From the NCBI GenBank assembly GCA_964016885.1, contig CAXHJY010001015.1:1-64000 (forward strand): a stretch of 64,000 bases of DNA, read 5' to 3'. The notes beneath the pieces are model-generated. The model worked only from the letters and a program-made list of their open reading frames with translations. It made no database searches and was not told the DNA's origin. How positions within the stretch are numbered: position 1 is the first letter of the stretch; each line of letters begins with the position of its first letter. The position numbers were made by a program, and so were the translations under genes. The stretch comes from Eledone cirrhosa. Lineage: Eukaryota. Below, piece after piece: positions 13,203-28,502 of the stretch.

Positions 13203-13622
13203 AGGGAGATAGAGAGAAAATGTGTGAGAAAGATTGTGGGATATATATATATAAGGAAGGAGAAATAGAGAGAGAGAGAGAGAGAGAGAGGGGGAGAGAG
13301 AGAGAGAGAACAACAAAAGCTACAGAGAGTTATTGAATCAACGCAATACATTCATTATCAACTAAGTAGCAAAATAACGTTTATTTAAGATGGACTTAAT
13401 GGATAATAAAAGAATACACACATGTAGAGACACACACATGTACAGATACACACACAGACACACATGCTCTCTCTCTCACGCACACACACATGTATAGACA
13501 CAAGCACACACTTGAACATACATACAAACGCACTCAAACACATAGACACACATACATACATAGATACATAAGTGTGTATAAATATCTATGTGCAAGTGTA
13601 AGTGCATTTATACACACATCTG

Positions 13623-14240
<618 letters not shown>

Positions 14241-15065
14241 CCATACACAGACATATATATATAAATATATTTATGTGTGTGTATACATATACAACAATAA
14301 CAATAAAGAAAAAGACACCATCAACCACCAACAAAAACAACAAATACAAAAGCCACAAAAAAATGTACAATATGGCTGCCAAAGGAGAAATGATGAAACG
14401 GCCATTTTGTGTATGGGATATATCAACAATCAGATGTTAACGAAAGAGCAGCTGCTGGTGTTGGTGAACTGGTTATTGGAAACGTGATTTTGCTCCAAAT
14501 TGATACGATAGCAAAGATTTTTCTCAGGCTGAATGGTCGTTAAGGACTTATATAGACATTAGAATAAGAGATTCGCTGCTATCTTTGCTCGGCCATAATG
14601 TTGTCGTCTTAATACATCCACGTCTTCGTCTTCTTTGTCGTCGGCTTCGTCGCCTTCTTCGTCTCCCTTTTCGTCTTCTTATTTTTAGCTACATCCACGA
14701 ACGGCTGTTTCGGACAAGATAGGGAGATATGAAAGTGAGGCTGGGGATGAGGCTGGATGGACGTTTGGTTTGGTGGTGATGGTGGTTGTGGTAGTGGTAG
14801 TGGTGGTGGTGGTGGTAGTGGTGCTTGTGGTGGTGGTGGTGTGGTTGTGGAGGCCGTTAGCTTGCTGGTGGCTAGTGATGAGGTCACTTAGTTGTGATGG
14901 TTGTTTAATAGATGCTGCTATTGGTGGTGATGGTGGTGGTGGTGGTTATATCTTGAATAAAGGTAACAATGTATACTGACACATATTTACGCACACAAAC
15001 ACTCTCTCACACACACATACACACACATCTATATGTGTCTGTGTATATATATATATATGTATATG

Positions 15066-15112
<47 letters not shown>

Positions 15113-15190
15113 GTATGGCAATATATACAATCTATCAGTTACAGTAATCGAGAAAGTGATTGTTGGTATGTTTCATTGTCCTTCTTGCCT

Positions 15191-15293
<103 letters not shown>

Positions 15294-15777
15294 CTATCTA
15301 TGTTTGCTTGGTTGTTTGTTTCTTTATCTTCTCTGTTCTCTCCTCTTCTCCCCTTCGCTGACACCACGGCGCCCACCACGACCACCACGATCACCACCAC
15401 CACCACCATCAAGACCACCACCACCCGCACTATCGCCCCTTCCTGACTTCTGACCTACGACATCCGACTGTTGACTTAATTAACTAAACCGATATCCGGC
15501 AGTAGTGGATAATTCGCGGCAGGCGTCCGGTCATGTGGGGTGTGGAGCACACTTGGTGGTGCCTCCTGGGTGTTTATTGCTGTATGTAGGGTGGATGTAA
15601 ATTTATGAATGCGGCGCTGGTGTATGCAGTATAGCTAACGTAGGCTTGTACCTGCTGAGTTGTGAATTGGAGGGTGGTGAGGACAGTGTAGTGGATGTGG
15701 CGTTGTGACTGCTAAATGACTGATGTGAAAGTTGTATTGTGAGGTGGTGAATGTGTTGTGGTGTGGGTAGCATATAT

Positions 15778-15819
<42 letters not shown>

Positions 15820-15884
15820 ACACATGTATTTATATAGACACACTAACACACCCTGCACACACACACACACGCACACACACATAC

Positions 15885-15949
<65 letters not shown>

Positions 15950-16305
15950 CCACTCTTAGTTGAAACCTTCTCTCATCATAACTCAATCCCAACTTATCTC
16001 CTACGTCCTATCAACTCCTTCTCAACTTGACCTTACGTGATGTTACATTAATGGCGATTACACGTGAGCCACCCAACCATTCACTCTCTCTCCCCTCTCT
16101 CTCATACTCTGTCCCCCCCTCATACTCTCATATGTTATCTTGCTCCATCTCCTCTTCTTTCCAACCCCTCCCCGCCTTTTTATTATCCATCATCATTATT
16201 TTCCTTCCCCTTCATTTCAATTACTCCCTTGTTTCTTCAGCCCTTTCTTTTACTCTGTTATGCGCACACACAATACACACACACATAATGTATATATACA
16301 TACAT

Positions 16306-16356
<51 letters not shown>

Positions 16357-16555
16357 CAGATCGGATGTTTAAGTCATCTGGTTTGCAGAAACACAACAAT
16401 ATCTCGGTAACATATATACTTATATTAATGTGCATTTATGTCTCGAATTGTATTTTTGATCCAGTTTGAATTTTTTATTCATATATATATATATATATGT
16501 ATATATATGTATTAATTCAAATATTAACAAAATAGATATTCTTGTGATCAATTAA

Positions 16556-16621
16556 ATTTTATTATACATATTTCAGAGGTACTTCAATCAGGTTCAGCAG
16601 TAAGTCCTCATCAGATGAAAT
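16556..16621 (-). ncRNA. hammerhead ribozyme motif (family D, inverted copy, partly mutated)
   Basis: Minus strand ATTTCAT-CTGATGA-GGACTTACTGCTGAACCTGATTGAAGTACCTCT-GAAA-TATGTATA-ATAAAAT. Confidence 0.7.
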
Positions 16622-16704
16622 AAAATGATACATGGCATATCCTGACATGTTAGATGGTTAAGATTTAACCATCTAACATGTCAGGGTATGTCATGTATCA
16701 TTTT

Positions 16705-16770
16705 ATTTTATCTGATGAGGACGTACTGTTGAACCTGATTCAAGTACCTCTGAAATATGTATAATAAAAT
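16705..16770 (+). ncRNA. type I hammerhead ribozyme motif (family D)
   Basis: ATTTTAT/ATAAAAT 7-bp stem I; CTGATGA 16712-16718; long stem II GGACGTACT..TGAA/TTCAAGTACCTCT; GAAA 16752-16755; self-complementary ATATGTAT stem III; predicted AUA cut after 16763. Confidence 0.82.
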
Positions 16771-16933
16771 TTAATTGATCACAAGAATATCTATTTTGTT
16801 AATATTTGAATTAATATTAATAACTCTGGAAAATATCTCACTGTAGAGTGCTTCCAATCTACTGTAAAACTCATTCTTTGATGTACTCATTGAATCTTCT
16901 TGTTTAACTCTTTAATATATATATATACTTGCA

Positions 16934-17052
<119 letters not shown>

Positions 17053-17369
17053 TTGCATTCACACACACACATATATATAAAGAGAGAGAGAGAGAGAAAG
17101 AGAGATACAGATACATATACAGAAAGATAGTGATAAATAGATAATGAGGGATATATAAAGAAAAATATGTATGTGTGTGTAAGTATGTGTGTGTGTGTGT
17201 GTGTGTGTATGAAGGACCGTTTATGTATATTGAATTGTCCGTCACAGTGAGAGTAGTAACAGAAGATAACCAAATCGGACATTGACACTACCACGTCACT
17301 TCCGATTTACTGATACATACTTCCTTCCTTCCTCTTTCCGTTCGATGTTCAGCGGTTTTCATTCACCTA

Positions 17370-18320
17370 ACCACCACCGCCAACAACACCATAAACAGTA
17401 ACATCACCGCCACCACCACCAACACCACCACCACCACCAACAACAACACCACCCCACCACCACCACCACCACAAACAGCAACATCACCACCACCACAACC
17501 ACCACTACCACCACTACCAACAACACCACCACCACCACCACCACCACCACTACCAACACCACCACCACCAACAACAACAACAACACCACCACCACCACCA
17601 CCATCACCACCATCACCACCATCACCAACACCACTACCACCACCACCAACACAACAACATCACTACCACCAAAACCACCACTACCACCACTATCACCAAC
17701 AACAACACCACCACCACCACCACCACCATCACCACCAACAACAACATCACCAACACCACTACCACCACCACCACCATCACCAACACAACAACATCACTAC
17801 CACCAATACCACCACCACTACCACCACTACCACCACCACCAACAACAACAACAACATCACTACCACCAAAACCACCACTACCACCACTATCACCAACAGC
17901 AACAACACCACCACCACCATCACCATCACCACCAACAACAACAACACCACCACCACCATCACCACCATCACCACCAACAACAACATCACCAACACCACTA
18001 CCACCACCACCACCATCACCAACACAGCAACATCACTACCACCAATACCACCACCACCACCACCACCACCAATACCACCACCACCACCACTACACCCAAC
18101 ATCATCTCAGCCAGCAACGCCATTACCACTATAACCATCAACCACCATTCCCGAACACCTCCTTCACGTCCAAAAAAAAAAGCCCCAGCACCAGCACCAG
18201 CACCGGCGCAGTAGCACTACCACCACTACTACCACCTCCACCCAACCACCATAACTAACACCTCCACCAGCACCACCACCACCACCACCACCATACCACC
18301 TCCACCACCACCAGCCATTA
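17370..18320. repeat. (ACC/AAC)n compound trinucleotide tract with internal higher-order duplications
   Basis: Seen directly. Confidence 0.92.
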
Positions 18321-18500
18321 CCAGACATACAATTACACAGTGTATCTGTTAAGTAGGAAGCGGGAAACGATCTCATGACCTTATTGTTTACATAATCGAT
18401 TGACAATTGAAAGTCAACTAATACACAAGTATCTGTAGTGAGTGTTGTGGTGTGTAGGGGCTACTGTGTGTGTGTATGTATGTATATGTACATGTACATG

Positions 18501-18568
<68 letters not shown>

Positions 18569-18647
18569 ATGCGTGAAAATGTATATGTATGTATATATAT
18601 GTATATATATATACACATACATGCATATATATATATATATATATACG

Positions 18648-18682
<35 letters not shown>

Positions 18683-18869
18683 ATGCATATATATGTACAT
18701 ATATACAAATATATATATATATGTGTGTGTATGTATATAATGCGTGAAAATGTATATGTATGTATATATATATATATATATATATATAAACATGCATATA
18801 TATGTACATATATACAAATATATATATATATGTGTGTGTGTATGTATATAATGCGTGAAAATGTATATG

Positions 18870-18906
<37 letters not shown>

Positions 18907-18908
<2 letters not shown>

Positions 18909-19236
18909 TGGCTGCCAACTCGTTTTCGAGTACGGCCACTACTTTATATCCATGTAGGAGAACCCCTACTGATGCGCTGAACGAGTGTGACTTTTTAGTC
19001 CAGCCAGCGACTTGAAAGCTCTGGTACAAACACTACACTTGTGACAATTATTGACACATAGTGCTGGGCCCATGGTACCATGTGACGACAAATGCAGAGA
19101 GATCTCCAGATATAAAGCAATGCCTGTGCCGTGAAGCTTTTATAGTGAGCAAAGGCACTGCACAAAGCCAGTCCCACTCTCTTAACCAAGATGATATTTA
19201 CCAAAAAGAAGAACAAGTCAACATCATTGGATGTTT
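18907..19236 (+). mobile_element. ~330-bp insertion in a (TA)n tract, with a degenerate HHR-like motif at 18966-19025
   Basis: Absent from the sister tandem units; CTA-CTGATG-CGCTG...CAGCG-ACTT-GAAA-GCT-C-TGG. Confidence 0.55.
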
Positions 19237-19290
19237 ATATATATATATATATATATATAAACATGCATATATATGTACATATATACAAAT

Positions 19291-19338
19291 TAGCCGTCGA
19301 AACGGCTTGAGCTCAGCCGTCGGGGTCTTACTGGTTCC
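19291..19338 (+). mobile_element. 48-bp family B insertion (HHR 3' half) with 11-bp TSD
   Basis: TATATACAAAT at 19280-19290 and 19339-19349; insert TAGCCGTC-GAAA-CGGCT tgagctc AGCCG-TC-GGGGTC.. Confidence 0.85.
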
Positions 19339-19499
19339 TATATACAAATATATATATATATATGTGTGTGTGTATGCGTTTGTGTATGTTTGTGTGTCTG
19401 TTACTATGTTTCCAAATGTGACCTTTCCACCACATGTCAATTGTTTACTTCTTTTCTTTCTTTGTTTGATTAATTGATTAGGCTGAAGCCACGAGAGCT

Positions 19500-19940
19500 G
19501 GTGGTGGTGGTGGTGGCCTTGTGTGGTGGTGATAGTGGTGTGGTAACGGCGGTGGTGGTGTAAAGTTGTTGACAACGGTGGTGGTGGTGTTGGTGGTGAG
19601 GGTCTTGATGGTAAGAGTGGTGGCGGTGTGTGTTAGTAGGGTGGGGTATTGACAGTAGTTGATGATGTTTTATGAGGATGGTATGCCAAGATAGATCAAC
19701 GGGGGGGGGGTTGTAGTGGCGATGGCTGTGGTGGTGGTGATGGTGGTGGCGCTGGTGGATGTAGAGGCGATGGTTGTGGTGGTGATGATTGTGGTGTTGG
19801 TGGTTGTAGTGGTGATGGTTGTATGGGTGATGATGGTGGCGTTGGTGGTTGTAGTGGCCTTAGTGTGGCTGGTGGTGTGCTATGGGTGCCATGGAAGGAA
19901 TGTGGATAAAAAGCAGGTAGGGTGTTGGTGGTGGTTACAC
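19500..19940. repeat. (GGT)n degenerate tract
   Basis: Seen directly. Confidence 0.9.
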
Positions 19941-20214
19941 AATTGGCTGAGATGGAGCAAATCATCACCGGATGTATTTGAATAGAAAGAACCCTGGGAA
20001 ATCTACCGTCTGTTTCCCTGTTTCCCGTCGCTTCATCACTTCCACCAATAATAATGACAACAACAATTATACTACTACTACTACTACTGCTACTGCTACT
20101 ACTACTACTACTACTACTACTAATAATAATAATAATAATACTAGTAGTAGTTGTAGTACTAGTAGTCGTAGTAGTAGTATTAATAGTAGTACCAATAGTA
20201 GTAGTACCAGTATT

Positions 20215-20360
20215 TTTCTTTCTATTTTATCTTACATTTCTTCTTCTATCTTCTGAAGAAGGACGAGTGTCCGAAAAGATAAGACTCTTTTCCTTCTATT
20301 TCAAGCGTTAAACTAGCAGCATGTACTCTATTGTTTATTTTCTTATTTCTGATTTCTTTT
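20215..20360 (+). mobile_element. HHR-bearing short element family A, copy 2
   Basis: Homology to 7790-8010 and 52275-52500. Confidence 0.7.
20249..20284 (+). ncRNA. hammerhead motif (family A), stem III mutated
   Basis: TCTT-CTGAAGA-A-GGAC gagt GTCC-GAAA-AGAT-AAGA. Confidence 0.65.
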
Positions 20361-20393
20361 TACACACACACACACACATACATCCACCCCACC

Positions 20394-20447
<54 letters not shown>

Positions 20448-21095
20448 GCGACTATCTACATATCGATGTATGTATATTGTTGTTTTGTAATTTAGTTATT
20501 TCATATCTGCTGCCATTCCAGGCACACAAAAGAACTAGTATGATATATATATATATGTGTATATATATTTATATTTATTTATCTATCTCTCTATCTCTCT
20601 CTCTCTATATATATATATATACCTATATTTATATATATGTATATATATATATATATATATACCTATATTTATATATAGGTATATATATATATAAATATAC
20701 CTATATTTATATATAGGGATATATACATATATATATACCTATATTTATATATAGGTATATATATAAATATACCTATATTTATATATAGGGATATATACAT
20801 ATATATATATATACCTATATGTATATATAGGTATATATATTACATGTATATATATATGTATATATAGGTATATATATTACATGTATATATATATATATAT
20901 ATATACATGTATATATATATATATACATGTATATATATATATACATACATGTATATATATGTATATATATATATACATGTATATATATATATATATACAT
21001 GTATATATATATATATATACAGGTATATATATATTTATATATATGTATATATATATATATATATATATACAGGTATATATAAATTTATATATATG

Positions 21096-21129
<34 letters not shown>

Positions 21130-21436
21130 CAGGTATATATATATTTATATATATGTATATATATATACAGGTATATATATATTTATATATATATATATAT
21201 ATATATATACAGGTATATATATATATATATATATATACATATATAATAAACATATATGTTTATGTAATGCATTGACACACACGTCCACCTCTAGTCTCAC
21301 ATGTTTTAATAAACATTAGTACCTTTTATAATTAACAGAAGAAATATATTTCAATATCATGTTATCATGTCATTCCCTGGTGCAGCAAGACACTTAATTG
21401 AATCAACACACAGTCACACACACATACACACACACA

Positions 21437-21529
<93 letters not shown>

Positions 21530-21861
21530 TTATATATATATATATAAGCACCATTTCATTGATTGCTATTTTGATGTGCGAAGTCACATATTGGAAATAA
21601 CGCCCCGTCCCACACACTGATATATATATATATATATATATACATATATATACGGATACGTATGTATAAAAACAATTTCGATTTTCACATAGCTGTCATC
21701 TGTGAGAATATCATGCGGCCATGTTTGTCACAGACATATCTACTACCGCCATCATGTATCACCGTGCATCTTAGATTTCTATATTGAGGTACTTTCTAGA
21801 TTAACTTACACACTTACATCACGTGACAGAAATATAGCTAATGTATAAATTCATCAATGTG

Positions 21862-21937
<76 letters not shown>

Positions 21938-22424
21938 CATATAATTATACACACACACGCATATATAAATGTATATACTTAAGAATGCAGTCACACTGCA
22001 TACATATGAAAATACTGTAAAATTGTATATACTGTATATATATATATTATATATATATATATATACGTCTACTGGAATTAGCCGTATTTTTCCTTTATGA
22101 AGAGTGGTAGTATGTAATAGACGAGAAATAATAAAGGAAACGGGTGGAAAACTGAACGGGTATGTATTACATGTCCTCCTGTTGGGTATAGGTGAGAGCT
22201 AATATCATTTCTGGTTGTATTCCACCCCTTCCCCACACCGGCTGCAAACTCTACCCCCTGTATATTCCATGTAACTGTCCAACGACCTCCATCAGCCATA
22301 CCTCTCCCTCATATTCCAAGTATTCTGACTGGTGGACGACACCGGCAGCTGTTTCATACACGGATCTGTAGTACAGAACTTACAGGAATTACAAAAAATA
22401 CATAATGGAAGTACACACACACAA

Positions 22425-22494
<70 letters not shown>

Positions 22495-22598
22495 ATGTGT
22501 ATATGTACGGGTATTTGCATGTATATATATATATATGTATATATATATGCATATATATGTATATATATATATATATGTATATAGATATATATGTATAC

Positions 22599-22630
<32 letters not shown>

Positions 22631-22963
22631 GTATATATGTATATATATATATATATGTGTGTGTGTTAGTGTGTGTCATAACTATTTATCTATCACCTTC
22701 CAGCTCTCTCTCTCTCTCTCTCTCTGTATATATATATATATATATATATATAACATTATTCTACACCCTGCTCCATTACTTTTAACCTTTGGTCCTTTGC
22801 TTGAAGTATCTCTTTTATCTTTCTTTCAGTCTTTCTCTCTTTCTTTCAAATTTCACATCAAGAAAGGACAGATTGTTTAGTTTATGTTTGCTTATCTTCT
22901 TCCTCTCCTCTCTCTATATACATACATCTATAACAACAACATCAACAACACCAACACACAGAC

Positions 22964-23017
<54 letters not shown>

Positions 23018-23054
23018 GTATATGCATGCATGCATGCATGCATGTGTGTTGGAT

Positions 23055-23382
23055 GGATCACCGTCTGTTACAACGATGAGCGTTGTAGATGTAAGGTCGG
23101 CTTGGAACAACCTACAACTCAAGTGCAAATGGTTGATCGTAGCCCTCCTCTAACACAATTCTCAGGGAGATTCAGTGTGGTGAAATATGCGACAAGGTTG
23201 GTCCTTAGAATTGCTGGTGCAACTCATATTTTGCTCATCTGAATGTAATGGAACGTGAGTTAAGAGATATAGGTACATATGAATACGCGCAAAAAACTTT
23301 ATAAAGTGTCTTTCTTAAGGTGACAATGTACTGCTTAGAATTGAACTCACAAAATTGAGTCAAATAATCTAAGTACTAGGTC
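23055..23382 (-). mobile_element. old tRNA-SINE copy (OR-like family)
   Basis: AAAGTGTCTTTCTTAAGG..GAATTGAACTCAC (reverse B box) and GGGAGATTCAGTGTG..GACAAGG body. Confidence 0.6.
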
Positions 23383-23393
23383 ATGGGTATTCA

Positions 23394-23429
<36 letters not shown>

Positions 23430-23984
23430 CGAGTCTATTGTAATGATCAAGCCGCCTCCCCCCTTCAAAGATGAAGCAGAGGCGGTGTTTCTGTGCGTAA
23501 TAGCCATGGCGAAAGAGGTTGTATGGTGGACGCGTCTGAAAGGACTGAGGTCGGGCACCTTTCTCTCTGGCCAACAACTGGTCCGTTTCTTCCGATATCA
23601 TTTCGGAAGAAGGATCAGGATGGAGAGAGAGGTGCTGCACCCCAGCCGTTTCTATGAAAGATGGGTGAAAGTGGCGAGAATGGCCCGTGTGAATGGGCCT
23701 TCACTCTACATCAGACTATAGGTGAGGAAGATGAAAGACCAAGGGAGCACCCCTTCTCTGTGCTCCTGAGGAGAAGGGTTGCACACTTTTTTCGGGGGTG
23801 TGTGCGACCCCCCAAGGCACCTCCTCTCTATTGAGGATTTTGTTAAAAATTTTATTTTTTGTTATATCTTATTTTATTTTTATATTTTGTTATTGCCTCC
23901 TCCTTATTGAGGACGCCTTTTTGTGTAAACTCCCCCCTTTGTACTTGTCCCACTTTTGATGCCCTAGTGGCAAATAAAAGAAAC
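23430..23984 (+). mobile_element. Tx1/L1-type LINE 3' end inserted in (TATC)n, longest copy
   Basis: ORF2-like C-terminus, structured 3' UTR, AATAAA, (TATC)n on both sides. Confidence 0.8.
23431..23721 (+). pseudogene. C-terminal fragment of a Tx1/L1-type ORF2 protein
   Basis: ..FLCVIAMAKEVVWWTRLKG..FFRYHFGRRIRMERE..F.ERW.. resembles the AK..(I/V)W..R and F...W pattern at the ORF2 end of Tx1-clade elements; open frame to TAG 23719-23721. Confidence 0.7.
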
Positions 23985-24051
23985 ATATCTATCTATCTAT
24001 CTATCTATCTGTCTGTCTCCCCTTCTCTCTCTCTCGCTCTCTCTCTCTCTC

Positions 24052-24110
<59 letters not shown>

Positions 24111-24367
24111 AGCACACATGTATCAATGCATATGGATCGCACATGTACAAACTCTGATAATCTCCGTATTTCTAATGACACACATTCATGTATTATACAC
24201 ACGCAAACACTCTTAGACATATTGGCACACACATACAGAGAAACTGTTATACACATTTTTTAAACGAGGACATATATTAGAATAAATACATACACACAAA
24301 AACATACTCATACATGCATGCATATATGCATACGTACATACATATATACATATTCACACATAGACAT

Positions 24368-24400
<33 letters not shown>

Positions 24401-24527
24401 ATATCTATATATATATAAGTGTATATATACAATCTCTAGCAAAACATATTTTTGCCCTCCGTTATGTCGCAAAATGGATATTCAAGATGACTTTTTCAAG
24501 TTTATAATTGCCATCTGGCAAATCAAT

Positions 24528-24603
<76 letters not shown>

Positions 24604-24706
24604 GGGGGAGTGAGAATGTTTCATCGGCAGTGGCTGTGATGAAAACAACATAAATAATAATAAAAAACACCAACACACACAAACATACACACACACACAC
24701 ACACAC

Positions 24707-24738
<32 letters not shown>

Positions 24739-25129
24739 GCCACATTTCTAAATGGAATCAACAGATATTTTAAGATAAGCAAAAACAAAACAATAAATAA
24801 ATATTACCAAACAAAAAACCTATTGAAAAAAAATGGTTAAACAAAAAAGAACAAGACAACAACAACAACAACAATAAAAACAAAACTATAACATTAAACA
24901 CCTATGTTGTATTTTTAAAATGGCGTCGTTGTACCAGTTCGAAATAACGTACTTAACTGACCGAAATGACCATAGGGGTACGTGTGTACTTGATTGGTAA
25001 AGCTGACTTGAAATAGCAGCCATATTTCCCCTCAACACACATACACCTTGTCGCTGTCATCTTTAAAGTACAAAGGATACATTGGTTGATAGTTAAAATT
25101 CCTGCTGATGGTTATAACCAATTATTGTT

Positions 25130-25330
25130 GAAGGCGGATAGAATGCTTTGGAACATCAGATAGAATGCTTTGGCGGATAGAATGGGGGCATAGAATGCTT
25201 TGGAACGTCGTATAGAATGCATTGGCGTGCTACTTCCAGCTCTCCTTTGTCTGAGTTCAAGATCCCACCGAGGTCAACTTTGTATTTCATTCATTTGAGG
25301 TGGATAAAAAAGTACCAGTCTAGTACTGTG
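25130..25330 (+). mobile_element. degenerate tRNA-SINE copy with internally repeated ATAGAATGC(TTTGG)
   Basis: TCTGAGTTCAAGATCCCACCGAGGTCAACTTTG..GATAAAAAAGTACCAG. Confidence 0.7.
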
Positions 25331-25892
25331 CCCGATTCTTCCTCTATATCTCTTTCTCATTTCCATTGTCTCACACTCAATACTTCTCTTGAAGAAATCT
25401 GCCGTGTTCAGACCTTGAGAGGAGATAGGCTCCGCCAGGCTTAAATCGCTCAGGAAAAGCTGGATGCCCCTATAGTCTCTAAACTATAGGGGCATACAGC
25501 AATTCCTATGAGTAAACTTCCTTGGATTGGAAAAAGATCTGCTGTGTTCAGATGCGGTTTAAAATACCGCAAAAAACGCTCTATGCCACAATGGTGCTAC
25601 TACGACTCCATCATTAGGTGCAGGATTAAAACATACCAAACCATACCATCGACGGTTATTTTATGAGACATCTCAGATACATTTGAATGTCTCGTATAAT
25701 TGTATGATCAGGTATCTGGGTTCTGAGAACAAATACTGCCGAGGTCACCTTTGTCTTTCACCCTCCCGACGTCGATAAACAAAGCACCATGTAATGAAGT
25801 ATTGTATGTACACATAAAAGCGCATATATATATATACAGTATATATATAAAGAGTATATATATATATATATAGAGAGAGATATATATATAAA

Positions 25893-25929
<37 letters not shown>

Positions 25930-25949
25930 ATATATATATATATATAAAG

Positions 25950-26019
<70 letters not shown>

Positions 26020-26152
26020 ATTTATATATATATATATATAAAGTATTTATATATATATATATATAAAGTATATATATATATATATATTTATATATGTAAG
26101 TATGTTTTGAAACAATGAGCGAGTTTGAAATTACAAATAAAAGCTTCCAACG

Positions 26153-26207
<55 letters not shown>

Positions 26208-26383
26208 GTATATATAAATATATATATAAAGTATATATATATATATGTATAAAAGTATACATACATATAGTTATATAAGTATTCATATATATATATATAT
26301 GTATATATATAAGTATTCACATATATATATATATGTATATATATAAGTATTCATACATATATATATATGTATATATATAAGTA

Positions 26384-26425
<42 letters not shown>

Positions 26426-26624
26426 TATTCATATATATATTTATGTATATATATAAGTATTCATATATATAAATGTATATATATATAAATATTCATTTAT
26501 ATATTATGTATATATATAAGTATTCATACATATAATTATGTATATATATAAGTATACGTATATATATGTATATAAGTATTCATATATACGTATATATATA
26601 AGCATATGTATATATAAGTATACA

Positions 26625-26679
<55 letters not shown>

Positions 26680-26708
26680 GTATCTATATATATATATATA
26701 TATATATA

Positions 26709-26794
<86 letters not shown>

Positions 26795-27223
26795 CTATGC
26801 ATACACACACACATATATATATATATAAATATATTTGTACATATATAAGTATACATAAATGAATTTATATATATTTGTATATATATAAGTATACATGTAT
26901 ATATTTATATATACATACATATATATGCATATATACACACATATATGTGTGTGTGCTGTCTGTGTTTTACCTGTTTTAATTCTCTATTCCTCCAGCTCTA
27001 CCCCCTATCCTCTGCCATTCATCCTACTCCACATTTCCATTCACACTAGTCAATCACCCACCTGCTCCCTCCCCTCGCTCGTTTAAGCTCCCGGCCCCAC
27101 TTTGATTTTTGTGCGGGTATTTCTTGAGCTTTGTATTGTATACACACAAACACCCCCATACCCGAGCATATGCATATACGTAGATATACACAGATATATG
27201 CACGTGCGTATCTATATATGCAC

Positions 27224-27306
<83 letters not shown>

Positions 27307-27479
27307 TATATACACACACATACATATATATATATATGTTAAAACAATGAAATAAAAAATCAAGTCATTATAAATATACTTCACTCCTTTACGATCTTTT
27401 ATAGGTGTTGATAATACATCGTAACTATACTTCGTTATCGATCTATGTAAGGTTAGTTACAAAATATCAGATAAGCAGA

Positions 27480-28502
<1,023 letters not shown>

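Larger units (their letters stand above)
16510..16816. repeat. 307-bp palindrome (152-bp arms, 3-nt loop), fold-back of HHR element family D
   Basis: Arms 16510-16661 and 16665-16816 align without gaps; I count 6 mismatches. Confidence 0.95.
18563..19360. repeat. local tandem repeat, three units (TATAATGCGTGAAAATGTATATG..AAACATGCATATATATGTACATATATACAAAT); third unit interrupted by two insertions
   Basis: Unit markers recur at about 18565, 18736 and 18847; the second half of unit 3 resumes at ~19258. Confidence 0.85.

Noticed and set aside
14609-14887. Possible coding exon (Lys-, Arg-, acidic- or Ser-rich frames)
   Set aside because: Each frame checked closes quickly and is low complexity; no recognisable domain
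23766-23825. CTGAGGA followed by a long hairpin in the LINE 3' UTR as a possible hammerhead
   Set aside because: No GAAA after the stem in any of three copies, and the CTGANGA is not conserved
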